From an uncultured virus (IMG/VR IMGVR_UViG_3300012973_000875) (Duplodnaviria; Heunggongvirae; Uroviricota; Caudoviricetes), in IMG/VR virus record IMGVR_UViG_3300012973_000875: a stretch of 64,000 nt of DNA; one strand, 5' to 3'. A model generated the notes under the pieces. That model was not told the origin of the DNA. It searched no databases and saw only the letters and a program-made list of their open reading frames with translations. Of the stretch, positions 36,497-45,251 are shown in pieces (within the stretch, counting starts at the first letter, position 1; every line of letters begins with the position of its first letter). Both the position numbers and the translations under genes were made by a program.

Positions 36497-39400
36497 GGCC
36501 GAGGACCGCCTGCACCGCATGGGACAGGCGTGGGGCTACATGACCAAGGCGGGCGGGACGCCCGTCGCGGCCCCCTCGCTCGCCGGGCGGCTGATCGCCA
36601 GCCGCAGCGGCTGGATGCTGCTGGAGGTCCCCAACGCGGTCGTGCGCGGCCTGTTCACGGCCCTGCACGAGCCGGGCATCGAACTGCCGCTCAAGGATGG
36701 CGTGCTCACGGCGCACATCAGCGTCATGACCGAGGACGAGGTGATCGCCCTGGGCGGCCCCCAGACGATCACCGAGCGCGGCCAGACGTTCCACTACCAA
36801 CTCGGGCCGCTGAAGTCGGTCGAGCCGTCAGGCTGGAAGGACGTCAGCCGCTGCTGGTTCGTCGAGATCCAGTCGCCTGAACTCAAACAACTCCGCAAGT
36901 CCTACGGCCTGACCCCGCTGCCCCGGGGCGACCACGAGTTCCACTGCACCGTGGCCGTCCGTCGCAAGCACGTGCTCAGGCCCGGCGAGATCCGAAAGGC
37001 CGCCCATGCTGACCGCATCCCCGGAACGCCGAGCCCGACGCCAAGCGACCCGGCATCCAGCGATCGACGCAGCCCTCAACTTCACCCGCCAGCGGCTGCG
37101 GGAGGAGAGCCTCGCCAGCCGGATCCTGCCGGCGATCCGGATCGAGATGGGCAACGAGTCCTGGAACACGACGATGCCGTGGGCCTCGGCACTGTGGATG
37201 ACCGGGCCTCGGCCCTCGGCGGCGATTCGGACGATCGCGGACGAGGCCGTGCGTACGATGGCGGAGGCCATGGGTCCCCCGCCGCCGTATCGCCTGGGCT
37301 CGCGGCTCTCCTCGGCGGCCGCGATGGCGGAGCCGGACAATCACCTCGGGATCGCGATCCTGCCGCGCGATCCGGAGCGGCGCCGGCGGATCCTGGATGC
37401 GACGTTCTGATCGCCAAGGTGGCGGCCGCCACCTCGCTGGGGGCCGAGGCCGAGACGGCACGGATCCACGCCAACCGGTTGCAGCCCCAGAATCAGAAGC
37501 CGCACCCATTCCGCGAGGCGGGCTGGACCCACCCCAATGGCCACCCCCGCTGCCTCCGCTGCGGGGGTGAGCCGCGTGGTGACGGGACGGGCCCGCCCTA
37601 CGACCTGTGCCAGGGTTACAACCCCGACCACGACAAGCCGGCGCGCGCCAAGGCCCAGGCCACCCGGGCCCGGCGGATCACCAAGCACGACAACCGGGTG
37701 GCCCGCGAGCACAATCCCAGGATCCGGGCGTTCGGGCGCAAGCACGGCCTCGACGTCTCGGACATCTTGCTGGCGATCAAGCAGGCCGCTTGCGAATCCA
37801 GCCCTGTCGACGAGCACGGCGATCCGTGCCCGGATGGCGAGTGCTGCCCGCATTGCCGCGCCCGCCTCGAACGAGAGCCCCATGACGGGACCTGCAATCG
37901 CTGCGGCAAGCGCTGGGGACCGCGACTGTATCGCGACAAGAACGCCACGCTGCTGACGATCGATGACCTGAACGAGGCCAGCCGCCTGCTGAGTGACGAC
38001 TCGGTCCTGGACGCGCTGACCCGCAGGAGCCTCGGCGGCGAGGCCATGCTCCAGCGGCAGGCCGAACGCGGCATCCTCCCGGTCCCGACCGTGCCGACGG
38101 CCCAGCCGGTCATGCCCGGCAGCGTCACTGACGACGCGATCGGCCTGGAGATGACCGACCCGCAGGACAACCTGCTCGGGTTCAATGACGACGCGATCGA
38201 GAAGGAGGGCGAGGCCAATCCGGTCCTGGAGCAACTCCGCAAGGCCAAGGCCGAGAGCGACCGCCGGAACTTCGCCGCCAAGCACGCTATCCTCCGGCCG
38301 CTGCTGGAGCAGTATCCCGGCGAGTTCGTCATCGACTCGCAGCAGCACCGGTTCGCTGGCCTGACCCACTCGCCGACCGGGTTCCGGATCCACATGCCCA
38401 GGACGGCCGTCCCGGGGACGATCAAGGCCGCCGCGCCGATCCCGCTGGCCGCCCGCATCGACGCGGTCATGCCCAGGCGTCGTAGGCGTCCCGTCGCGCT
38501 GCCGGCGGCCATGGCCCCGGTCCTGCCCGTCGACGACGAGGCGGAGTTGGCGGCCCAGATGCCGCTGGCCCTCCAGATGCTCGCCAGGCCGCGACGGGCA
38601 CGCCGCCGGCGTGCGGCCGTGTCGAAGCTCGCCGCCGCCAAGGAAGACCGCCACGGGGCCCTGGCGGCCCTCAAACCGGGTGCCCCGCTGGACTTCGTTG
38701 TCCAGCAGCATGACGCGGACCAGGCTGGCACCCACCACGACGTACGGATCGGCAATCCGGAACTTGGTATGTTCTCGTGGGCGGCCCCCAAGGGCCTGCC
38801 CAAGCCGGGCGAGAAGCGGCTGGCCGTGATGCAGCCGACTCACCCGCACAGCTACAACGGTTTTGAGGGAGCAATCCGTAGCGGCTACGGCAAAGGCCAG
38901 GTCCGGCAGCATCTTGCCGGCAAGGCCACCCCGTCCCGCGTCGAGCCCGGACGGCTCACGTTCGAGGCCGAGACCCCCGACGGGCCGCAGCGATTCGCCA
39001 TGCTGCGGCAGGAGAAGTGGGGCCCGGATAACTGGCTCATGCTCAATACCACGAAGGCGGCATCCGATGAGCGAGAACACAACAATTCCATTCGAGACCC
39101 TGCCGCGAGTGGAAACGGAGGCTTGAATGGCGAAACATCCGATCGACTTCACGCAGCAGGCCCAGAAAATCGCCCAGCAGCTTCTCGCGATGCCGGAGTC
39201 GCAGAAGCTGGCGGAGATCGCCGAGTTGCGGGCAAATTACCCGGTCATGGCCTCGCTGGTCTCCGACGAGTTCCGGCGGATCCGGAAGCTATTACAAGGG
39301 TGACCAAGACCGCCGCCATCTCGGTCGATGCCGCCATGCCCCTGGCCGGCGCCGCCGTGGGCGGACTGGGCGGGCTGGCCGTCAACAAACTGTTCGGATT

Positions 39401-41609
39401 CAAGCGGCCATGGACGGCTGCCGCGATCGGCGCCGGCCTGGGCGGGCTTCGCGGCGCCAACCTGGCCATGCGATCGCCCGTGGAGTCGCTCGACAGTCGC
39501 AGCCTCAGCCGGGAGATCGCGCCGTTCTATGCCAATGCCCCGGGCGGATACGCCGGCGCGGTCGGCCGCGCGATCGCGAACCGAAAACCGATCGACGGTA
39601 TGTTCCCGCTCCAATTCAATCGCGGCGATCTCGACCGGCAGGTCCCGATCATCCAGTATCGCGACGGCATCCCCGGGCAGCCGTATAGCCTGGCAGGCGC
39701 GACGATCGGCGGCGGTTCGCAGCCCGCGCGTGTCGAACTGGCCAAGGGCGGCACGCAGGACGCTGCCGATCTCACGCGGCGACATGAATTGTCGCACGCT
39801 GGGCTTGATATGAATCCGGCGAGCCGTACGGGCGAATTGCCGCAGCCGTCGGCGTCGCTTATCGGTGGCGCCCCGGCCGATGCGCATCGCGTATACGCCC
39901 AGTCCGCCAGCGAACTGATCCCACGGATTTCGGAGATTAAGCGGCAGTTCGTCGCAGCACATCCCGGCACCGACGTCGATTCCGAGGCCGTTGCCAACGA
40001 GGCCCTCGAATGGTACGGACGGCAAATGTCCGATCCGGCCTCGGCGGCGGGCCTCGGCGGCGAGAGCGCGATCAGCGACTGGCAAGCGCTGGAGAAGGCC
40101 AAACCCGGCTGGTTGCGATCGATGATCCTCAAGCTCATGCCGCAACTCGTCGACACTGCGAGGACCGGGACGGATAAGACCGCAGCCATGCTCGGAGATG
40201 TCGAACTCCAGCCACAACAGAAGCGTGTCGCCGACCAGGACAACGACCTGCTCGTCTACCACGGCCTGGGCTCGGGCAAGACGCTCGCCGCGATCGCCGC
40301 CGCCGAGAAGGGCGGCGGCCCCTATCTGGCCGTCACGCCTGCGGCGCTGCGGCCCAACTTCCAGAAGGAGCGGGAGAAGTGGACCGACATGCAGACGCCG
40401 GCCACGACGCTCTCCTACACCCAGGTTGCCGGCGGTCACATCCCCGACCACGCCTACGACACGTTCATCGCCGACGAGGCTCACCGGCTGCGGAACCCGG
40501 ACTCGCAGCAGAGCAAGAACGTCGCCGCGCTGGCCGCCCAGGCCCGGCGGCGGATCCTGCTCTCGGGCTCGCCGATCGTCAACGCCCCGAGTGACCTGGC
40601 GATGCCGATGGCGATGGTGACCGGGCGATCGATGACCCCCGATCAGTTCGATCAGCAATTCATCGGCAAGGAGTACGTCAACCCGGGGCTCTGGGCCCGG
40701 CTCTGGGGGGTCAAGCCGACCTCCCGGCCGACGATCAAGAACGAGGACGAACTGGAGGACCTCTGGCGGGGTCACGTCGACTACTATGCTCCGGACAAGC
40801 CGCTGGTCGACTCGCAGACCGAGCGGATCGAGACCGACCTGGGCCCCGACCAGCAGGACTTCTACAAGCTCATGTGGGGCAAGCTCCCCTGGATGACGCG
40901 GTGGAAGCTGTCGCGGAACTACCCGCTGTCGAAGACCGAGGTCAAGAACCTCTCCAGCTTCATGACCGGCCCGCGTCAGGCGGGGCTGTCGTTGCTGCCG
41001 TTCATGGCCGAGGGGTCCGACCCCCTGGAGGCGTTCAAGGGGTCGCCCAAGCTCCAGCGGGCGATGAGTGAACTCGACAAGGAGTTCCAGAACCCCCAGG
41101 CCAAGGCCCTCATCTTCTCGAACTTCATCGACGCCGGCCTGACGCCGTATGCCGCCGCCCTGGCCGCCAAGGGGATTCCCCACGGCGTCTTCAAGGGGGG
41201 CATCAGCGATGCCGAACGGACCCAGATGGTCAACGACTACAACTCCGGCAAGCTGCGGGCGCTGCTCCTGGGCCCCAGTGGTTCGGAGGGGATCTCGACC
41301 CGGCGCACGAGCCTGATCCAGCAACTCGACCCCCACTTCAATGAGGCCCGCGAGGCGCAGAACAAGGGGCGAGGCATCCGCCTGGACAGCCACACGGACC
41401 TGCCGCCCGAGTTACGCAACGTCCGGGTCCAGCGATTCATCTCGCGGATGCCCGAGGGCTTCCTGGAGAACCTCCTGGGCCGGAACAAGCCGAGTGCCGA
41501 CGAGGTGCTCGAACGGATGTCGGCCGACAAGGAGCGGCTCAACGATCAGTTCCGCCGGGTTTTGCAGCGGGTCGGCACGCCGTCGCGGGCCGCTGGCTGG
41601 TTCGGGTAA
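36462..41609 (+). CDS. Multi-domain putative polyprotein: 2H phosphoesterase, Zn fingers, LigD-type 3'-phosphoesterase, Gly-zipper/HExxH module, SNF2-like helicase
   Basis: AHISV...FHCTV; CxxC clusters; FVVQQH...HHDVR...SWAAPKG...KRLAV...FEG; HELSH; YHGLGSGKT, DEAH, SGSP, GRGIR; modules separated by K-x-[A/G]. Confidence 0.85.
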   Translation: MSHPWSQTDLAEAEDRLHRMGQAWGYMTKAGGTPVAAPSLAGRLIASRSGWMLLEVPNAVVRGLFTALHEPGIELPLKDGVLTAHISVMTEDEVIALGGPQTITERGQTFHYQLGPLKSVEPSGWKDVSRCWFVEIQSPELKQLRKSYGLTPLPRGDHEFHCTVAVRRKHVLRPGEIRKAAHADRIPGTPSPTPSDPASSDRRSPQLHPPAAAGGEPRQPDPAGDPDRDGQRVLEHDDAVGLGTVDDRASALGGDSDDRGRGRAYDGGGHGSPAAVSPGLAALLGGRDGGAGQSPRDRDPAARSGAAPADPGCDVLIAKVAAATSLGAEAETARIHANRLQPQNQKPHPFREAGWTHPNGHPRCLRCGGEPRGDGTGPPYDLCQGYNPDHDKPARAKAQATRARRITKHDNRVAREHNPRIRAFGRKHGLDVSDILLAIKQAACESSPVDEHGDPCPDGECCPHCRARLEREPHDGTCNRCGKRWGPRLYRDKNATLLTIDDLNEASRLLSDDSVLDALTRRSLGGEAMLQRQAERGILPVPTVPTAQPVMPGSVTDDAIGLEMTDPQDNLLGFNDDAIEKEGEANPVLEQLRKAKAESDRRNFAAKHAILRPLLEQYPGEFVIDSQQHRFAGLTHSPTGFRIHMPRTAVPGTIKAAAPIPLAARIDAVMPRRRRRPVALPAAMAPVLPVDDEAELAAQMPLALQMLARPRRARRRRAAVSKLAAAKEDRHGALAALKPGAPLDFVVQQHDADQAGTHHDVRIGNPELGMFSWAAPKGLPKPGEKRLAVMQPTHPHSYNGFEGAIRSGYGKGQVRQHLAGKATPSRVEPGRLTFEAETPDGPQRFAMLRQEKWGPDNWLMLNTTKAASDEREHNNSIRDPAASGNGGLNGETSDRLHAAGPENRPAASRDAGVAEAGGDRRVAGKLPGHGLAGLRRVPADPEAITRVTKTAAISVDAAMPLAGAAVGGLGGLAVNKLFGFKRPWTAAAIGAGLGGLRGANLAMRSPVESLDSRSLSREIAPFYANAPGGYAGAVGRAIANRKPIDGMFPLQFNRGDLDRQVPIIQYRDGIPGQPYSLAGATIGGGSQPARVELAKGGTQDAADLTRRHELSHAGLDMNPASRTGELPQPSASLIGGAPADAHRVYAQSASELIPRISEIKRQFVAAHPGTDVDSEAVANEALEWYGRQMSDPASAAGLGGESAISDWQALEKAKPGWLRSMILKLMPQLVDTARTGTDKTAAMLGDVELQPQQKRVADQDNDLLVYHGLGSGKTLAAIAAAEKGGGPYLAVTPAALRPNFQKEREKWTDMQTPATTLSYTQVAGGHIPDHAYDTFIADEAHRLRNPDSQQSKNVAALAAQARRRILLSGSPIVNAPSDLAMPMAMVTGRSMTPDQFDQQFIGKEYVNPGLWARLWGVKPTSRPTIKNEDELEDLWRGHVDYYAPDKPLVDSQTERIETDLGPDQQDFYKLMWGKLPWMTRWKLSRNYPLSKTEVKNLSSFMTGPRQAGLSLLPFMAEGSDPLEAFKGSPKLQRAMSELDKEFQNPQAKALIFSNFIDAGLTPYAAALAAKGIPHGVFKGGISDAERTQMVNDYNSGKLRALLLGPSGSEGISTRRTSLIQQLDPHFNEAREAQNKGRGIRLDSHTDLPPELRNVRVQRFISRMPEGFLENLLGRNKPSADEVLERMSADKERLNDQFRRVLQRVGTPSRAAGWFG
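37006..37410 (+). CDS. Nested +1-frame gene with MLTASPERR tag inside polyprotein spacer
   Basis: Starts right after the host KAA codons and stops 5 nt before the host KVA; host frame here is low-complexity. Confidence 0.7.
   Translation: MLTASPERRARRQATRHPAIDAALNFTRQRLREESLASRILPAIRIEMGNESWNTTMPWASALWMTGPRPSAAIRTIADEAVRTMAEAMGPPPPYRLGSRLSSAAAMAEPDNHLGIAILPRDPERRRRILDATF
39127..39303 (+). CDS. Nested +1-frame 58 aa helical protein inside polyprotein spacer
   Basis: GGAGG RBS; MAKHPIDFTQQAQKIAQQLLAMPESQKLAEIAELRANYPVMASLVSDEFRRIRKLLQG*; stop lies 2 nt before the host KTAA. Confidence 0.65.
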   Translation: MAKHPIDFTQQAQKIAQQLLAMPESQKLAEIAELRANYPVMASLVSDEFRRIRKLLQG

Positions 41610-41622
41610 TAAACGTTAATCG
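41605..41622. promoter_or_regulatory. AT-rich palindromic site, copy 5
   Basis: ggtaATAAACGTTAATcg, overlapping a stop codon. Confidence 0.65.
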
Positions 41623-41681
41623 CCGGCGACGCTGGCGATCGGCCCCCTGATGACCGCCAGGAATGGTGTTATGATGGCCCA

Positions 41682-42899
41682 ATGTCCTACCCCAGGTACG
41701 AGCCGTCTAGCCGCACGGAGGCTGTCGTGGACGACGTAGAGAACCTTCCGATCCTCGCCGCTCAGCGCGTCTGCGTGGATCGGGTCCTGCCCGATTCCTG
41801 GGAGAGCGCCGCCCAGAAGTGGGCCGCCGCCGAGAACCCCGAGAACACCGGCAGCGCGATCCCCATGCCCGCGTCGATGGCGGTCGTGCGGTCGCGGAAG
41901 TGGCAACCGGGACGGACCCTGCGGGTCAAGTTCATTGGCGGGGCGCCGGCTGTCCGCCAGAAGGTCTTCTTCTGGGCCAAGCACTACGAGCAGTTCGCCA
42001 ACATCAAGTTCGAGCAGGTCACCGACTCCGCCGACGCCGAGATTCGCATCGCCTTCGAGCCCACCGAGGGGTCGTGGTCGTACGTCGGCACCGACATCCT
42101 GACGGTCCCCAGGAACCTGCCGACGATGAACTTCGGCTGGCTGACCCCGACCAGCAGCGACCAGGACTACTCCTCGGTCGTGCTCCACGAGTTCGGCCAC
42201 GCCCTGGGCTGCATCCACGAGCACCAGAGCCCCGCCGGCGGCATCCCCTGGGACAAGGACGTTGTCTACCGCGACCTGTCCGGCCCGCCCAACCGCTGGT
42301 CGAAGGCGCAGATCGACGCCAACATGTTCACCCAGTACAACCAGAACCAGACCCAGTTCACCGATCTGGATCCGGCGTCGATCATGATGTACTCGTTCCC
42401 CTCGGCCTGGACCGGCGGCAAGCTGGCCACCCGCTGGAACACGGTGCTCAGCCCGGTCGACAAGTCGTACATCGCGGCGATGTACCCCCGCGAGAACGCT
42501 CCGGCCCCGGACCCCCAGCCGGTCGCACCGCCGTCTCCGCCCGCCCCCGATCCCTCGCCGCCGCCGGAGACCGGCACCGTCCCGGGCACCCGCGCCGAGG
42601 GGGTCCTGCGGATCGACGGCAACCCCCGCACCTGTCAGATCAACACCGGCGAGATCGCCCAGTTCACCTTCCAGGTCACGCGGCGGGCCCGCTACATGCT
42701 CGGCACCGGCGGCCAGCAGGACCTGCTCGCCGAGATCTACACCCAGGCCGGTCAGCGGGTCGCCCAGGACGACGACGGCGGTGTCGGCGAAAACGCGATG
42801 GTCGTCGCGGCCCTCGACCCAGGTAACTACGTCGCGGCGATCACCTGCAAGAAGAAGGTGAGTCGTGGGCTCTACTCCATCGCGATCCGCAAGCGCTAG
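41682..42899 (+). CDS. Astacin-like (M12A) zinc metalloprotease with Pro linker and C-terminal PPC-like domain
   Basis: HEFGHALGCIHEHQ, SIMMY Met-turn, GSWSYVG; DDDGGVGENA....LDPGNY. Confidence 0.88.
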   Translation: MSYPRYEPSSRTEAVVDDVENLPILAAQRVCVDRVLPDSWESAAQKWAAAENPENTGSAIPMPASMAVVRSRKWQPGRTLRVKFIGGAPAVRQKVFFWAKHYEQFANIKFEQVTDSADAEIRIAFEPTEGSWSYVGTDILTVPRNLPTMNFGWLTPTSSDQDYSSVVLHEFGHALGCIHEHQSPAGGIPWDKDVVYRDLSGPPNRWSKAQIDANMFTQYNQNQTQFTDLDPASIMMYSFPSAWTGGKLATRWNTVLSPVDKSYIAAMYPRENAPAPDPQPVAPPSPPAPDPSPPPETGTVPGTRAEGVLRIDGNPRTCQINTGEIAQFTFQVTRRARYMLGTGGQQDLLAEIYTQAGQRVAQDDDGGVGENAMVVAALDPGNYVAAITCKKKVSRGLYSIAIRKR

Positions 42900-42908
42900 G
42901 AGTCGCCC

Positions 42909-44168
42909 ATGCTGCCGACACCGGGCAGCCCAGCGTCGCGGGGATTCACCCAGACGCTGGGCGACCAGTTGCACGTCACCCCCGGCCGGGGGGTCCTTGG
43001 CAACCTCGCGGACAATCTCACCGGCACGGTCGCCACGATGCGCGACCGCGACCAGCACCGGATGGCGGCCTACAAAATGCAGCGGGCGATCGCCGACTTC
43101 AACGGACAACCGCAGCCGGTCGACTTCGAGGCGATCCCCCGGACGGCCCACCCCTGGCTCTACGCCGGCGTCGACAAGCTCGCCGCGGCGCTGGACGACT
43201 GGCGGTGCGTGCCGGATCTGGTCGTGGCCGAGTATCGCCGGCTGCGGCCGATGGCCGACAAGATGGCCGCCGCCGTGGTCGGGGCCACCGGCCCGGCCGA
43301 CCGGATCTGGTGGCATCCCGAGGCCAACCTGATCTGGGTCGAGAGCCCCAACGTCAAGGAGGCCGGCTACCGCAACGGCGTCGAGGTCCGCCCCGAGCCC
43401 CCCACGGTCGACGATGGCCGCTGGCTCGTCGTCAAGCAGTCGGTCTATGCCCCGGTCGCCGGGTTCCGGTCGCTGATCGAGGGGGGCGAACGCCTGCTGG
43501 GCGGGCCGACCCCGCTCACCAACGCCATTGTCGGAGGCGTCGTCGGCGGCGGCCTGGGCTATGGCGCCGGCGCGATCGCCGAGTCACTGGCACCAGAAGG
43601 CTGGGTCGAGGAGGGTAAGCTGCGGCGGAACCTGGGGCTGGCCGGAGCCGGGTTGGGAGCGGCACCCGGGCTCTGGATGGGCAGCGGTAACATGCGGTCG
43701 CAGGATCCCAACCTGGGGGGCGTCCAGGGGCTCTTCAAGCCGCACCCGTTCCAGAAGCGGTCGGCCTTCGGCGAGGATTCCGGGGCCGCCGGGCTGCGAT
43801 CGATCCCCGTCGACGCGTTCAACCGCGCCGTCTGGAACGACGTGCGCAACCCGGGTAACGCGTTCGGAACCCGCAGTCCCTGGGGGGACAATGATCAGCC
43901 GCTGGGGACACCCCCCTGGGTGGCCGCCGCCGCGACGGGTCTGGTCGCCGGCACCGGTGCGATGACCGATCAGCGGTCGGTGACCCCCTGGCAGGTCGGG
44001 ATCGCCGCCGCCAAAAGTGGCGGTAAGGGTCTGGCTGCCGGCTATGCGGTCGGTAAGCTGTTTGGTGTGCTTGCCGGGCTCAAACCCGAAAAGCAGCAGG
44101 CCCTGCAACAGGCCGGGCTCTGGAGCGGCCTCCTCACCGGGGCCGTACGTGGTGTCTTCGGCGGTTGA
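42909..44168 (+). CDS. Gly-zipper protein with K-x-[A/S] motifs (probable virion-internal protein)
   Basis: KLAA, KMAA, KEAG, KQSV, KRSA; GGVVGGGLGYGAG. Confidence 0.75.
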   Translation: MLPTPGSPASRGFTQTLGDQLHVTPGRGVLGNLADNLTGTVATMRDRDQHRMAAYKMQRAIADFNGQPQPVDFEAIPRTAHPWLYAGVDKLAAALDDWRCVPDLVVAEYRRLRPMADKMAAAVVGATGPADRIWWHPEANLIWVESPNVKEAGYRNGVEVRPEPPTVDDGRWLVVKQSVYAPVAGFRSLIEGGERLLGGPTPLTNAIVGGVVGGGLGYGAGAIAESLAPEGWVEEGKLRRNLGLAGAGLGAAPGLWMGSGNMRSQDPNLGGVQGLFKPHPFQKRSAFGEDSGAAGLRSIPVDAFNRAVWNDVRNPGNAFGTRSPWGDNDQPLGTPPWVAAAATGLVAGTGAMTDQRSVTPWQVGIAAAKSGGKGLAAGYAVGKLFGVLAGLKPEKQQALQQAGLWSGLLTGAVRGVFGG

Positions 44169-44237
44169 TGGACCCCGTGACGTCATCAGGGTACGCTGAT
44201 CGGTACACCCGCCCCGGCAGGAGCCAGGAGGACGAGC

Positions 44238-44675
44238 ATGGACGCGCAGCGACCGGGCTACCAATTCGGCGACATCACCCGGGCCGTGACCCGCTGGCTC
44301 GGCCCCAGCACCCGGGCCATCCGGGGCAAGATCGACTGGTTCAAGTTCGGCAAGGCCCTGACGCTCGCCTTCCTGGCGACCGGCACCCTGTCGATCGGGA
44401 CGTTCTTCGCGTCCCTGATCAATGCCGTGACCGATCCCAACCTGGCCACCGCCATCCCGGCGGTGGCCGGGGTCGTGATCTTCGTCATCGAGCAGATTCG
44501 CCGCATCCTCCAGGGCCAACCTGCGGATGTGCCGCCGCTGCCCGTTGCGCCGATCCCCAGTCCACCGCCCATTCCCTCACCCGACCGTGCCCCAACACCT
44601 CACGAGGATCCGACCGATGGCCAAAGCGAAGAGCGCGACGACGACACCGGCGAGCACCCCACGCTCTTCCACTAA
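44238..44675 (+). CDS. Two-TM membrane protein, holin-like
   Basis: AGGAGGA RBS; two hydrophobic helices; upstream of exported proteins and a peptidase. Confidence 0.55.
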   Translation: MDAQRPGYQFGDITRAVTRWLGPSTRAIRGKIDWFKFGKALTLAFLATGTLSIGTFFASLINAVTDPNLATAIPAVAGVVIFVIEQIRRILQGQPADVPPLPVAPIPSPPPIPSPDRAPTPHEDPTDGQSEERDDDTGEHPTLFH

Positions 44676-45210
44676 GCGACCCGCCGCTGCCGCCGCAGCG
44701 CAGGCCGCTCCGCTGGAGATCGACGTGCAGGCGTTGAAGACCCAGCTTGCCGCCGCCCCGACCCAGGACGACGTGCTGGAGATCTTCGCCTTTGCCGTCG
44801 CCGGCTCGATCGACAAGGGGGGACAAGTCAAGGCGTTCAGCATCCTCGACTTCGTCCCGGTGATCATCGAGGTCGTGCGGACGATCATCACCAAGTGCGG
44901 TGAGTCGGATATCCGTAGCGAACTGGAGAACCTCAAGGGGAATCCCAACAACCTGCGTGGTCGGCTGGCCCGGATGAAGCTCAAGCGTCAGTTGCGGGGG
45001 CAACTCCGGAACAACGACCAGGCGCAGTACGAACTGTCCAAGGGGCTGATCGCGCAGGGGATCGCGGCCTTGCGCGACAACGACGTCTGGGACGGCGCCT
45101 TCGGCCGGTTCGGTGGCTGGGTCCCGCCGCAGCACAGTCCGGCCCCTACCGAGGCCCCCAAGCCCACCCCGGCTCCGGCCGCCAAGCCCGCGTCACCTGC
45201 GGCCCAGTAA
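44617..45210 (+). CDS. Hypothetical protein
   Basis: GAGGA RBS before MAKAKS. Confidence 0.75.
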   Translation: MAKAKSATTTPASTPRSSTKRPAAAAAAQAAPLEIDVQALKTQLAAAPTQDDVLEIFAFAVAGSIDKGGQVKAFSILDFVPVIIEVVRTIITKCGESDIRSELENLKGNPNNLRGRLARMKLKRQLRGQLRNNDQAQYELSKGLIAQGIAALRDNDVWDGAFGRFGGWVPPQHSPAPTEAPKPTPAPAAKPASPAAQ

Positions 45211-45251
45211 CCTACCGGCGTTCTTCCTACCCCGATTGGTCTCGACGCAGG

